A stretch of 64,000 nucleotides of DNA from Marivivens sp. (lineage in GTDB: Bacteria > Pseudomonadota > Alphaproteobacteria > Rhodobacterales > Rhodobacteraceae). The translations under genes were made by a program, and so were the position numbers. The stretch is from the NCBI GenBank assembly GCA_030827165.1, contig JAURFB010000002.1, positions 1,514-65,513 on the forward strand. Reading direction: 5' to 3'. Positions 1-9,290 of this stretch are shown piece by piece; the stretch's first letter is position 1; each line of letters begins with the position of its first letter. The notes under the pieces were generated by a model that searched no databases, had not been told where the DNA came from, and saw nothing but the letters and a program-made list of their open reading frames with translations.

Positions 1-481
1 GGAATTCTTGGGTGACAACGAAGGTTACAGGCCGACCGGGGCTCATCTTGCGTCGACCAAAGCGGATCCATTCAAGCTCGATCAACTGGTCGATGGTGCC
101 GCGACTGACGGAAACGCCGCGGATCTCTTCGATCTCGGCGCGGGTGACAGGCTGGTGATAGGCGACGATGGCGAGGGTCTCGATCGCGGCGCGGCTGAGT
201 TTGCGAACCTCGACCGTTTCTTTCTGCATGAGGAATCCAAGATCGGGCGCGGTGCGGATCGCCCAAGCGTCGCCCACCTTGACCACATGGATGCCCCTGC
301 CCTCATAGCGCTTGCGAAGATGTGCGACGGCCTCGGCCGGATCGCTCCCGTGTGGCATCCGCGCCTCAAGATCGCGCACCGTCACCGGCTCGGCGGTCGC
401 AAAGAGAATTGCTTCCGCCATTCTCTCCTGCTCGGCCATGGGGGGGGCTTCGAAAAGGCTTTTCTCGTCTTTGTCTGCCAT
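1..481 (-). CDS. scpB: Segregation and condensation protein B (ScpB); C-terminal end runs off the window
   Basis: This ORF is missing from the track because it is open to the window edge. My reverse-strand translation from the ATG at 481 reads MADKDEKSLFEAPPMAEQERMAEAILFATAEPVTVRDLEARM...AIETLAIVAYHQPVTRAEIEEIRGVSVSRGTIDQLIELEWI, a typical ScpB pattern. It starts 4 nt after the scpA stop. An alternative start is the Met 14 codons downstream. Confidence 0.85.
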   Translation of the reverse strand, partial: MADKDEKSLFEAPPMAEQERMAEAILFATAEPVTVRDLEARMPHGSDPAEAVAHLRKRYEGRGIHVVKVGDAWAIRTAPDLGFLMQKETVEVRKLSRAAIETLAIVAYHQPVTRAEIEEIRGVSVSRGTIDQLIELEWIRFGRRKMSPGRPVTFVVTQEF

Positions 482-485
482 CAGG

Positions 486-1265
486 TCAGGTCCGTTTGCG
501 AATTTGGATCGGAGCGAAGATTTCGCTCTGGCGGATATCGATTTGCCCTTCCTTGGCCAGCTCGAGCGAGGCGGCGAAGGTGGCGGCGGTGGCCGAGCGG
601 CGGCGGCCGGGATCGGCGCCCCAACCCTCGGGCATATAGGAGGAGATGTCGGTCCATTCCCCGGCATAGCCGATAAGACCGCGCATCCGATCAAGCGCCT
701 GCTCCATGGTCATGACAGAATCGCGGTCCATCACATAGGGACGGAAATCATCGCGGGTGCGGATACGGGCATAGCCCTGCATCAGATCAAGAAGCGTCGC
801 GGTATAGGTCACGCGGCGCACGCGGGTCACATCCTCGGTGATACCGCGGGCAAAGAAATCGCGTCCAAGCTGGTCACGCGCCATAAGCTTGGCGGCCACC
901 TCGCGCATGGCTTGCAGGCGCTCAAGCTGAAACGCCAGATGCGCGGCAAGCTCTTCCCCCGACGGCCCCTCGGCAAGGGGGTCAGGGGGCAGCAAGAGGC
1001 GTGATTTGAGAAAGGCGAGCCAGGCGGCCATCACCAGATAATCGGCGGCCAATTCGAGCCGCAACTGCTTGGCCTGTTCCACAAAGGCCAGATATTGCCG
1101 CGCCAGTGCAAGAATCGAAATTTGCCGCAGATCGACCTTTTGCGTGCGCGAAAGCGTCAGCAACAGATCGAGCGGCCCCTCGAAGGCGCCCACATCGACG
1201 ATCAGCGCCTCGGCGGCGAGGCGGTCTGTCACCGACAGCAGGTCTTCCTGAAATTCCTCAGCCAT
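486..1265 (-). CDS. scpA: Segregation and condensation protein A (ScpA kleisin)
   Basis: The 259-aa ORF contains FEGPLDLLLTLSRTQKVDLRQISILALARQYLAFV, the characteristic ScpA N-terminal motif. It lies directly upstream of scpB. Confidence 0.9.
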   Translation of the reverse strand: MAEEFQEDLLSVTDRLAAEALIVDVGAFEGPLDLLLTLSRTQKVDLRQISILALARQYLAFVEQAKQLRLELAADYLVMAAWLAFLKSRLLLPPDPLAEGPSGEELAAHLAFQLERLQAMREVAAKLMARDQLGRDFFARGITEDVTRVRRVTYTATLLDLMQGYARIRTRDDFRPYVMDRDSVMTMEQALDRMRGLIGYAGEWTDISSYMPEGWGADPGRRRSATAATFAASLELAKEGQIDIRQSEIFAPIQIRKRT

Positions 1266-1338
1266 GGGCCTCTCGCGCGTGAGCGCCTCAGTTTCGCTGG
1301 CCCGCAGGCAATGTCAACGCCTGCAAGGCGAACCGGCC

Positions 1339-2313
1339 CTACTTGTTCACAAGTGGCACGCAATCCGAACCTTCGGCGATCAGGGCCGTGCAGAAGCGAC
1401 GTGCGTCGGCAATATCGGCAAAGCCCATGGCCCGCAGGCGATAGAAAGTGCGCCCGCCAAGGCTGGCTTCCTGAACCAACATCGTCTTGCCGGCCATGAA
1501 ATCGGCGAACCGGCCAGACAGACGCGCCCATTCCGATTTAGCGATCTCGGCACTGTCAAACGCGCCCAGCTGGACCAGCGGGGTTCCGATCGGCACGGTC
1601 GTGGCGCTGCCATCCTCGACGGCGGCATCGGTCGCGGTTGCGAGCGTTTGGGGCCGCGCCATGGGGCGCAGCGAAACGGCCACACCGGGCGCGGTCGAGG
1701 GAACGATATCTGCGATCACTGCGAGCGGAACATTGTTGATCGCCATCTCTACCGGAACGGTCTCGCCCTCGGCCAAGGGCTCCAGCGGCGTCAGGTTGGC
1801 GGCGATCTGATCGGCCAGCGCGAGGATCTGGTCGGCAGTCAACGGCTCGTCGGGCAGCGCCTCGATCACCGGAGCGTCAGGCGCTTCGGTCAACTGGGCC
1901 GGCTCCTCGACAATCGCGGCGGCTTCGCCCTCAGCCGCATCCATCGCCACGACCTCACCCGCCTCGGCAGTCGGCTGGACGGCAAGATCCTCGTCTGTCA
2001 ACTGAACGACACGCGGTGCCAGAACCAGCATATCCTCCGGTGGGGCGGCTTCCCCTTCGGCCGCAACGGCATTGACCGAAAGGCCCGCGTTGGGGGCAAT
2101 CTCGCCACCGGGATTGTCGGGCGTGACCCGCATCGGCCCTTCAAGCGCCTTGACCACGGGGATGCCCGAGACATCCCGCATGACAAGCTTGTAGCCCCAG
2201 ACGCCTATTCCGGCGATCAGCGCCAGCGAGACAACAGCCCCGGCCGCATTGATCATCTTTCCTGCGGATACAGGCTCGCGCAGACGTTCATCGTCCGTTG
2301 TGAATACCGCCAT
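1339..2313 (-). CDS. SPOR domain-containing membrane protein
   Basis: The C-terminus (VQLGAFDSAEIAKSEWARLSGRFADFMAGKTMLVQEASLGGRTFYRLRAMGF) is a SPOR peptidoglycan-binding repeat. There is one N-terminal TM segment (AAGAVVSLALIAGIGVWGY) and an acidic Ala/Pro/Glu-rich linker. I chose the start at MAVFTTDD (2313); the track extension to 2451 overlaps argS. Confidence 0.75.
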   Translation of the reverse strand: MAVFTTDDERLREPVSAGKMINAAGAVVSLALIAGIGVWGYKLVMRDVSGIPVVKALEGPMRVTPDNPGGEIAPNAGLSVNAVAAEGEAAPPEDMLVLAPRVVQLTDEDLAVQPTAEAGEVVAMDAAEGEAAAIVEEPAQLTEAPDAPVIEALPDEPLTADQILALADQIAANLTPLEPLAEGETVPVEMAINNVPLAVIADIVPSTAPGVAVSLRPMARPQTLATATDAAVEDGSATTVPIGTPLVQLGAFDSAEIAKSEWARLSGRFADFMAGKTMLVQEASLGGRTFYRLRAMGFADIADARRFCTALIAEGSDCVPLVNK

Positions 2314-2380
2314 CTTCGCCTCTTTGCCGCCGGGTTGGCCCCGACCGGATTTCTTGCTCAAACCCCGGCAGCGGCGTGCT

Positions 2381-4123
2381 TCAGCGCATCTCTTCGGCCG
2401 GAGTGACCCCAAGAATACCCAAGCCGGACGAAATAACAACGGCAACGGCACGGATCAGGGCGATTTTTGCCTGAGACGTGGCCGCATCGCCCTCTTGCAA
2501 GAAGCGCAAGGAGGTATCCTCGTTGCCACGATTCCACAGCGCGTGAAGATCAGAGGCCAATTCGTAAAGATAGAAGGCGACCCGGTGCGGTTCGTGCCCG
2601 CGGGCAGCAATCTCGATCAGGCGGGGCCATTCGGCGATTTTCTTGGCAACGCCGATCTCGGCGGCGTGGCTGAGTTTCGACAGATCGGCCGCGGCCAAGG
2701 CTGCGTCATCCACCGCAATCCCCGCCTCTCGCGCCTTGCGCAAAACCGACGAGACGCGGGCATGGGCGTATTGCACATAGAAAACCGGGTTGTCCTTGGA
2801 CTGTTCGACCACCTTGTCGAAATCGAAATCCAACGGCGCATCGTTCTTGCGCGTCAGCATATGAAAGCGCGTGGCATCGGCCCCTGCCTGCTCGACCACA
2901 TCGCGCAGGGTTACAAAGGTGCCGGCCCGCTTCGACATCTTGAACGGCTCGCCGTTCTTGTAGAGCTTCACCAACTGCACCAGCTTGATGTCAAGAGGCA
3001 CGCGATTGCCCGACAGCGCGGCAACCACCGCCTTCAACCGTTTCACATAGCCGCCGTGATCGGCGCCAAAGACATTGATGAGCTGGTCAAAACCGCGCTG
3101 CACCTTGTCATAGTGATAGGCGATGTCGGGTGCGAAATAGGTCCAGCTGCCGTCGGATTTCATGACCGGCCGGTCCACGTCGTCGCCAAAATCGGTCGAG
3201 CGGAAGAGAGACTGCTCGCGCGGTTCCCAATCCTCAGGCAGCTTGCCTTTCGGCGGCTCCAGCACACCTTCATAGATGAGACCCTGCTTGCGCAGCTCAT
3301 CAATCGCCGCCTCGATCTTGCCGGTGCCAAAGAGGGCCTTTTCCGAGGAATAGACATCCATCTTGACGCCCAGAAGCGCGAGGTCGTCGCGGATCATCCC
3401 CAGCATCTCTGTGGTCGCAAACTCGCGCACATCGGCAAGCCAGACCTCTTCGGGCTGGTCGATCAGGCTCTCGCCATATTTCGCCTTGAGCGCCGCGCCC
3501 ACCGGGATCAGGTAGTCGCCCGGATAAAGCCCTTCGGCGATCTGTGGCTCAAGGCCGTTTGCCTCGCGGTAACGTTCATAGGCCGACCGTGCCAGCACGT
3601 CGACCTGCCCGCCTCCGTCGTTGATGTAATATTCCCGCGTGACGGCATAGCCCGCGAAATCCAGAAGCGCGGCCAGCGCGTCGCCGAAAACGGCGCCGCG
3701 CGTGTGGCCGACGTGCATCGGCCCCGTGGGATTGGCCGAGACGAACTCGACATTGACCTTCTCGCCCCTGCCCAGAGCAGAGCGGCCAAAGCCCGGCTCG
3801 GTGATCGCCAGGCGCACCACGCTTTGCCACAGGGAGGACGACAGCCGCAGATTGAGGAAACCGGGGCCAGCCACCTCGGCCAGCTCGATCCGCGCGTCGG
3901 CGGCCAGACGCCCCGCCAGCGCCTCGGCGATGGCGCGCGGGTTCTGTCCGGCGGGCTTGGCCAGCACCATCGCGGCATTGGTCGCCATGTCGCCGTGGGC
4001 CGCATCGCGCGGCGGCTCGACCGCGACATTGGTGAAATCGAGGCCCGCAGGCAGATCGCCCGCGGCCACCATGGCATCAAGGCACTCGATCACGAGGGCA
4101 CGAATATCGGCAAACAGGTTCAT
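2381..4123 (-). CDS. argS: Arginine--tRNA ligase
   Basis: The 580-aa ORF has the class I HIGH-type motif ([14 protein letters not shown]), the KMSK-type motif (FKMSKRAG) and a typical ArgS N-terminal domain. Confidence 0.95.
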   Translation of the reverse strand: MNLFADIRALVIECLDAMVAAGDLPAGLDFTNVAVEPPRDAAHGDMATNAAMVLAKPAGQNPRAIAEALAGRLAADARIELAEVAGPGFLNLRLSSSLWQSVVRLAITEPGFGRSALGRGEKVNVEFVSANPTGPMHVGHTRGAVFGDALAALLDFAGYAVTREYYINDGGGQVDVLARSAYERYREANGLEPQIAEGLYPGDYLIPVGAALKAKYGESLIDQPEEVWLADVREFATTEMLGMIRDDLALLGVKMDVYSSEKALFGTGKIEAAIDELRKQGLIYEGVLEPPKGKLPEDWEPREQSLFRSTDFGDDVDRPVMKSDGSWTYFAPDIAYHYDKVQRGFDQLINVFGADHGGYVKRLKAVVAALSGNRVPLDIKLVQLVKLYKNGEPFKMSKRAGTFVTLRDVVEQAGADATRFHMLTRKNDAPLDFDFDKVVEQSKDNPVFYVQYAHARVSSVLRKAREAGIAVDDAALAAADLSKLSHAAEIGVAKKIAEWPRLIEIAARGHEPHRVAFYLYELASDLHALWNRGNEDTSLRFLQEGDAATSQAKIALIRAVAVVISSGLGILGVTPAEEMR

Positions 4124-4190
4124 TTGATCAATCTTTCCGGTGTCGCCCCTGCTTTAGCAGAGGAGCGGCCAAGGTCAACGGGGGCGGCCT

Positions 4191-5366
4191 TCAGAGGATC
4201 GAAGTCACCCGCGTGCGTTCGATGATATCCGAACCGGTCAGGCGGGCGTGTTCCTGAATGGCGAACCGGTCGGTCATGCCCGAGATATAGTCCGCCACGA
4301 TCCGCGCCAGCGCGGTCTCGTCTTGCGCCTCGGCCACGTCTTTGCGCCACTGTTTCGGCAATTCCTCGGGATTGGCCATGAACAAGGGGAAAAGATCGTG
4401 GATCGCGCCGGTGACGTGCTTGCGCATCTCGACCACCGACGGCGCACGATACATCCGCTTGAACAGGAACGACCGGATCACCTTGAGATCCTCCCAAAGC
4501 GCTGGCGTGAACCGGATCACCATCCGCCCGGCATGGCGCACCTCGGCCACGGAGCGCGGATCCAGCTCGGCCAATGTCCGGCGGCTGACGCAGATCACGT
4601 CCTCGACCAAGATACCAAAGAACCGGCGCAGTGCCTCGTGGCGGCGGCGATAATAGTTGAGATCAGGGTATTTGCGATCGACCTCGGCAAAGCAATCGTG
4701 GAGCACCGGCAATTCGGCCAGCTCGTCGGTCGAAAACAGCTCGGCCCGCAACCCGTCATGCAGATCGTGGTTGTTATAGGCGATGTCGTCCGACAAGGCC
4801 GCCACCTGCGCCTCGGCGCTGGCGTGGGTCGAAAGCTCCAGATCGTGCCGCGCATTATATTGGGCCAAGGCATAGGGCCAGGGCTCGGCCACCGGCCCGT
4901 TGTGCTTGGCGATGCCTTCGAGCGTCTCCCAGGTCAGGTTGAGCCCGTCCCACTCCGCATAGTGCCGTTCAAGGCTGGTGACGATCCGAAGCGCCTGCGC
5001 GTTGTGATCAAATCCCCCGTAGGGCGCCATCAGATCGTTGAGCGCATCCTCGCCCGTGTGGCCAAAGGGTGTGTGGCCAAGATCATGGGCCAGAGCCACC
5101 GCCTCGGTCAATTCCACATTCAGGTCGAGCGCCGCCGAGACCGTTCGCGCCACCTGCGCCACCTCGATCGAATGCGTGAGCCGCGTGCGGAAATAATCGC
5201 CTTCGTGCTCGATAAAGACCTGAGTCTTGTGCTTGAGACGCCGAAAAGCCGAAGAATGGATGATCCGGTCCCGGTCGCGTTGAAACGGCGAGCGGAACGT
5301 GCTTTCGTCCTCCGGATAAAGCCGCCCACGGGCCGTGGCCGGATCGGTCGCATAGGGGGCTGCCAT
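4191..5366 (-). CDS. dgt: dGTP triphosphohydrolase-like HD-domain protein
   Basis: The 391-aa ORF has FQRDRDRIIHSSAFRRLKHKTQVF and RLTHSIEVAQVAR...LAHDLGHTPFGH, the dGTPase-family HD motifs. Confidence 0.9.
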   Translation of the reverse strand: MAAPYATDPATARGRLYPEDESTFRSPFQRDRDRIIHSSAFRRLKHKTQVFIEHEGDYFRTRLTHSIEVAQVARTVSAALDLNVELTEAVALAHDLGHTPFGHTGEDALNDLMAPYGGFDHNAQALRIVTSLERHYAEWDGLNLTWETLEGIAKHNGPVAEPWPYALAQYNARHDLELSTHASAEAQVAALSDDIAYNNHDLHDGLRAELFSTDELAELPVLHDCFAEVDRKYPDLNYYRRRHEALRRFFGILVEDVICVSRRTLAELDPRSVAEVRHAGRMVIRFTPALWEDLKVIRSFLFKRMYRAPSVVEMRKHVTGAIHDLFPLFMANPEELPKQWRKDVAEAQDETALARIVADYISGMTDRFAIQEHARLTGSDIIERTRVTSIL

Positions 5367-5460
5367 ATTCTTTGCATCCGTTCTTTGCCTTTCCTGACGT
5401 CACATATAGAATGCGGTTTCGAAATTGGACAGGGTAGGTCGGCAAAACGGAGAGCGATTC

Positions 5461-6219
5461 ATGCCCCTCGCACTTGTCACCGGAGCCTCAAGCGGCGTCG
5501 GCCGCGCCACAGCCATTGCCCTGCGCGCCCGCGGCTGGGAAGTGATCGCCGTGGCCCGCCGCGAAAGCGAGCTTGTCACGCTGGCCGAAACCTGCGGCGC
5601 CAAGGCCGTCGCCCTGAATGCCGCCGACCCCGAGGCCGTCGAGCGCCTTGTCGCACAGCTTGCGGGCCGCTGCCCCGATGTGATCGTCAACGCAGCCGGC
5701 GCGGGCCGCTGGCACCGGCTGGAAGATACCTCGCCCGCCGAGGCCCGCGCGATGATGGACGCGCCCTTTTTCGCCGCCTTCCTCGTCGCCCGCGCCTTCC
5801 TGCCTGCGATGCTCAAGCGCGGCACCGGCCAGATCATCCATGTCAACTCTCCCGCCGCCTACCAGCCCTGGCCCCATTCGGCGCTCTATGCCGCCTCGCG
5901 CGGGGCGCTGCGTTCGCTGCACGAGGCGCTGCGCCAGGATCTGGCCGGCTCGGGCGTCCTCTCTTCCCACATCACTTTCGGGAAGGTCTCGTCCGACTAT
6001 TTCCTCTCCAACCCCGGCACCGAAGAGCGCCTGCCGCGGATCGCCCGCACCTTCCGCACCCTCAGCCCCGAGGCCTGCGCCGCCCTGATCCTCCGCCTGA
6101 TCGACCGCCCCCGCGCCGAAACGATGCACCCGCCGCTTCTGGCTTTTTACCTGCGCGTCTGGCGCATCTGGCCCGGCCTCGTGCGCTGGCTCATCCGCAT
6201 CACCTCGCCGCGCGCCTGA
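5461..6219 (+). CDS. Short-chain dehydrogenase/reductase family protein (atypical YxxxR active-site motif)
   Basis: The N-terminus has the Rossmann motif TGASSGVGRATA. GGAGAG lies upstream of the ATG at 5461. The catalytic region reads NSPAAY...LYAASRGAL, so Arg replaces the usual Lys. Confidence 0.85.
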   Translation: MPLALVTGASSGVGRATAIALRARGWEVIAVARRESELVTLAETCGAKAVALNAADPEAVERLVAQLAGRCPDVIVNAAGAGRWHRLEDTSPAEARAMMDAPFFAAFLVARAFLPAMLKRGTGQIIHVNSPAAYQPWPHSALYAASRGALRSLHEALRQDLAGSGVLSSHITFGKVSSDYFLSNPGTEERLPRIARTFRTLSPEACAALILRLIDRPRAETMHPPLLAFYLRVWRIWPGLVRWLIRITSPRA

Positions 6220-6276
6220 GGTGTTGCGGGCGCACCGCGCCCTGCCTATATTCCTCTCAATCCAAGGAGTGCCCCG

Positions 6277-6600
6277 ATGAACCTGCCCCCTGCCGTGACC
6301 CCGCGCGCCTACGCCCGCCTCGCCGAGATCGGCGCCGCGTCCCAAGGCAAGGTCCTGCGCGTCGCGGTCGAAGGCGGCGGCTGCTCGGGCTTTCAATACG
6401 AGATCACCCTCGACGAGCCGCGCGACGATGATCTGGTCCTCAAGGGCGAGGGCGAAACCGTGGTGGTCGACACGGTCTCGCTGCCCTTCCTTGCCGGCGC
6501 CACCATCGATTTCACCGACGAGTTGATCGGCGCCCGCTTCGCCATCGACAACCCCAACGCCACCTCGTCTTGCGGCTGCGGCACCTCGTTCTCGCTGTAG
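6277..6600 (+). CDS. erpA: Iron-sulfur cluster insertion protein, HesB/IscA/ErpA family
   Basis: The 107-aa ORF has LRVAVEGGGCSGFQYEI and a C-terminal CGCGTSF cysteine motif. Confidence 0.85.
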   Translation: MNLPPAVTPRAYARLAEIGAASQGKVLRVAVEGGGCSGFQYEITLDEPRDDDLVLKGEGETVVVDTVSLPFLAGATIDFTDELIGARFAIDNPNATSSCGCGTSFSL

Positions 6601-6602
6601 AT

Positions 6603-6654
6603 CTTCTTTTGGCCCTGAAATACTCCCGCCGGAGGCGCGGGGCCGCCCCCGCGG
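6603..6654 (+). repeat. Short intergenic repeat, copy 1 (CTTCTTTTGGCC-N3-AAATACTCC plus a GC hairpin)
   Basis: It shares a 12-mer and a 9-mer, at identical spacing, with the copy at 38842. It is followed by a 7-bp GC stem (CGCGGGG-CCGC-CCCCGCG). Confidence 0.4.
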
Positions 6655-6709
6655 ACCCGCTCTTGCGCGCCATCGCCGCGCGCGCCACAAAGGGGCAAAG
6701 GAGAGCCCC

Positions 6710-7489
6710 ATGAAGATTGTCACCTTCAACATCAACGGCATCAAGGCCCGCGCCGAGACGCTCCTGCGCTGGCTCGACGAGAAATCGCCGGATGTTGTCC
6801 TTTTGCAGGAGATCAAGTCGGTCGACGAAAACTTCCCCGCCGAGATTTTCGAAGAGCGCGGCTATAATGTCGCCACCCACGGGCAAAAGGGCTTCAACGG
6901 CGTCGCGATCTTGTCGAAATACCCGCTCGAGGATGTGGTGCGCGGCCTGCCGGGCGATCCCGAGGACGAACAGGCCCGCTGGATCGAGGCAACCGTGGTG
7001 GGCGAAAAGGCCGTGCGCCTCTGCGGCCTTTACATGCCCAATGGCAATCCCGCACCGGGGCCGAAATACGACTACAAACTCGCCTGGATGGAGCGGCTGC
7101 GCGCCCGCGCCGTGGCGCTGATGGCCGAGGAACTGCCCGCGCTCATGGCGGGCGACTATAATGTCATTCCCCAGCCGGAGGATGCCAAACACCCTGAAAA
7201 CTGGACAGAAGATGCGCTCTTCCGCCCCGAGAGCCGCTCTGCCTTTCAACGCATCGTCAACCTCGGCTTTACCGAAGCCTTCCGCTCGCGCGTTCGCGGC
7301 GCGGGCCATTATTCGTTCTGGGATTATCAGGCAAACAGCTGGGAACGGAACAACGGCATCCGCATCGACCATTTTCTGCTGACGCCGCAATGCGCCGATC
7401 TGATGAACGACTGCTGGATCGAGGCCGACGAGCGCGCCCGCTCCAAACCCTCCGATCACGTCCCCGTCTGGCTCGACCTCGCGGCCTAG
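6710..7489 (+). CDS. xthA: Exodeoxyribonuclease III
   Basis: The 259-aa ORF has MKIVTFNINGIKAR...LQEIK at the N-terminus and RIDHFLL...SDHVPVW at the C-terminus, which are EEP-family ExoIII signatures. Confidence 0.9.
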   Translation: MKIVTFNINGIKARAETLLRWLDEKSPDVVLLQEIKSVDENFPAEIFEERGYNVATHGQKGFNGVAILSKYPLEDVVRGLPGDPEDEQARWIEATVVGEKAVRLCGLYMPNGNPAPGPKYDYKLAWMERLRARAVALMAEELPALMAGDYNVIPQPEDAKHPENWTEDALFRPESRSAFQRIVNLGFTEAFRSRVRGAGHYSFWDYQANSWERNNGIRIDHFLLTPQCADLMNDCWIEADERARSKPSDHVPVWLDLAA

Positions 7490-8673
7490 GCCGTCACGTC
7501 ATGGCCGTAGAGCCAATCCATCCGTCTGAGGAACATCTGCGGCGCGACACGCCCGAGCGCCCGAAGCCCCGCAAGGGCCATACGCCGACTGACCCCCCCC
7601 AGATGATAGTTGATCGCGTTTCCGTTGGCTGCGGCAATCGCCTTGCGCACGCGGGCCTGTCGCGCCTGTTCATAGGCGAAAAGCGCAGCGCCAGGGGTTT
7701 CTGACCTGTCGCATTCTCGGGCCAGGACAAAGGCATCTTCAAGCGCAAGGTTGGCCCCCTGAGCCAGAAACGGCAGGGTTGGATGGGCTGCATCGCCAAG
7801 GATCGCGGCCCGACCCTTGTGCCAGTCCGGCGCCACCGGATGACGGAACAGACCCCAGAGCCGCACCTCCTCAACCTTGCCCAGCATAGCTTTGATCTCT
7901 GGCGCACAATCGACAAAAGCCGCCCGCAGGTTCTGCGGATCGTCGGAGTGGTTCCAGCCCTCGTCGGCCCAAGCCCGACGCGCTTGGACGGCGACGACAT
8001 TCAACCGCCCGCCTGTCAGAGGATAGGTGACGATATGCCGGCCCGGCGCCATCCAGATCCGCGCTTCGGGCGCCGCGCCAGGCGCCTTGATGATGGTCCG
8101 CCACGCCACCTGACCGGTGAAGAACGGTTTGTCGGCGCCGTTCAGAAGAGGGCGAAGGACGGAATGCAGACCGTCGCCCCCGACGATCAGATCAAACGAC
8201 AGGGTCTCGCCCCCCGCAATCGATACAGTTCCGCTTTCGGGATCGGCGGTCCCGATCCTGATACCGGTCTTGATCGACACACCCGCCCCGCGGCAACCCT
8301 CGGCCAAGATCTCAAGAAGATCGCCGCGATGGAAAAAGCGATAGGGAACCCCATCTAGCCGGGTCAGATCAAAACGGGCGACCTCGCGACCGGTCAGCGC
8401 ATCCGCCGGCACCACCGCCTCACCGCGCACCGAACGCGCCGCGGCGGCCACGTCAAGGCCCAGCGCTTTGAGAACCACGCCGCCGTTCGGCGTGATCTGA
8501 AGCCCCGCGCCAAATTCGCGCAGCTCGGGAGCTTGCTCAAAAACTGTGACTTGCGCCCCGGTACGGGCAAAGGCCAGCGCCGCCGCCAGCCCACCGATCC
8601 CGCCGCCGATCACGGCAATGGTCCGGCCCGTATTGGCACGGGCAGCTGTGCCTTGCCGCCCGTCGCCCGTCAT
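7486..8673 (-). CDS. FAD-dependent monooxygenase (salicylate/aromatic hydroxylase-like)
   Basis: It has the dinucleotide-binding motif IAVIGGGIGGLAAALAF, a DG motif (GGDGLHSVLR) and the distal FAD motif ILGDAAHPTLPFLAQGANLALEDA. I chose the start at MTGDGRQ (8673), one base below the dksA stop codon (8675-8677); the track start at 8727 would overlap dksA. Confidence 0.8.
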   Translation of the reverse strand: MTGDGRQGTAARANTGRTIAVIGGGIGGLAAALAFARTGAQVTVFEQAPELREFGAGLQITPNGGVVLKALGLDVAAAARSVRGEAVVPADALTGREVARFDLTRLDGVPYRFFHRGDLLEILAEGCRGAGVSIKTGIRIGTADPESGTVSIAGGETLSFDLIVGGDGLHSVLRPLLNGADKPFFTGQVAWRTIIKAPGAAPEARIWMAPGRHIVTYPLTGGRLNVVAVQARRAWADEGWNHSDDPQNLRAAFVDCAPEIKAMLGKVEEVRLWGLFRHPVAPDWHKGRAAILGDAAHPTLPFLAQGANLALEDAFVLARECDRSETPGAALFAYEQARQARVRKAIAAANGNAINYHLGGVSRRMALAGLRALGRVAPQMFLRRMDWLYGHDVTA

Positions 8674-8674
8674 C

Positions 8675-9097
8675 CTAGTCGTCGCGGTGGACCCGCTCGC
8701 GCCGTTCGTGACGCTCTTGCGCCTCAAGGCTCATGGTTGCGATCGGTCGCGCGTCGAGGCGCTTGAGGCTGATCGGCTCGCCGGTGACTTCGCAATAGCC
8801 ATATTCGCCGTTGTCGATCCGGCGCAGGGCCGAGTCGATCTTGGCCACAAGCTTGCGCTCGCGGTCACGGGTGCGCAGCTCCAGAGCCCGATCGGTCTCT
8901 TCGCTGGCGCGGTCGGCGATGTCGGGAATATTGCGGGTCTGATCCTTCATGCCTTCGATCGTATCGCGGCTGTCTTCAAGGATATCGGCCTTCCAGCTCA
9001 ACAACTTGCGACGGAAATATTCAAGCTGCCGGTCGTTCATGAAAGGTTCGTCTTCGGCGGGAGTGTAATCTTCTGGCAGGAAGTTCTCTGCTTTCAT
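8675..9097 (-). CDS. dksA: RNA polymerase-binding transcription factor DksA
   Basis: The ORF has MKAENFLPEDYTPAEDEPFMNDRQLEYFRRKL, a coiled-coil region and the C-terminal GEYGYCEVTGEPISLKRLDARP. The start is ambiguous: 9097 is preferred, and 9148 or 9202 are possible. Confidence 0.85.
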   Translation of the reverse strand: MKAENFLPEDYTPAEDEPFMNDRQLEYFRRKLLSWKADILEDSRDTIEGMKDQTRNIPDIADRASEETDRALELRTRDRERKLVAKIDSALRRIDNGEYGYCEVTGEPISLKRLDARPIATMSLEAQERHERRERVHRDD

Positions 9098-9290
9098 ATT
9101 GGTGCCCTTTTTGGTGCCGCCCGCTTTCGGATCCATGTCGTCAGCCATGCAGCACTCTCCTCTCCTCGCGGCCCCTTTACTCCGCTCGCGTGGGAGTGTC
9201 ACCCCTGAAAGTTATGTTCAAGCCGAGTTGATGCTGGCCGCCATCGTGCTAGGCTCTGCCGCATTGCCCGCACCAAGGAAGGAAGTCCCG

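Noticed and set aside
1266-1338. Absence of a nagZ-like gene between scpA and the SPOR-domain gene, which I half-remember as part of this synteny block in some relatives.
   Set aside because: This rests only on uncertain memory of synteny. The 73-bp spacer shows no gene remnant, so there is nothing to support a deletion claim.
2249-4225. A 658-aa plus-strand ORF antisense to argS. Similar long antisense ORFs are 4248..6431, 22254..24857, 40110..41381, 43919..45175 and 60787..62385.
   Set aside because: The reasoning is the same. Each overlaps a confidently identified gene on the other strand and translates to low-complexity Arg/Pro/Gly-rich sequence.
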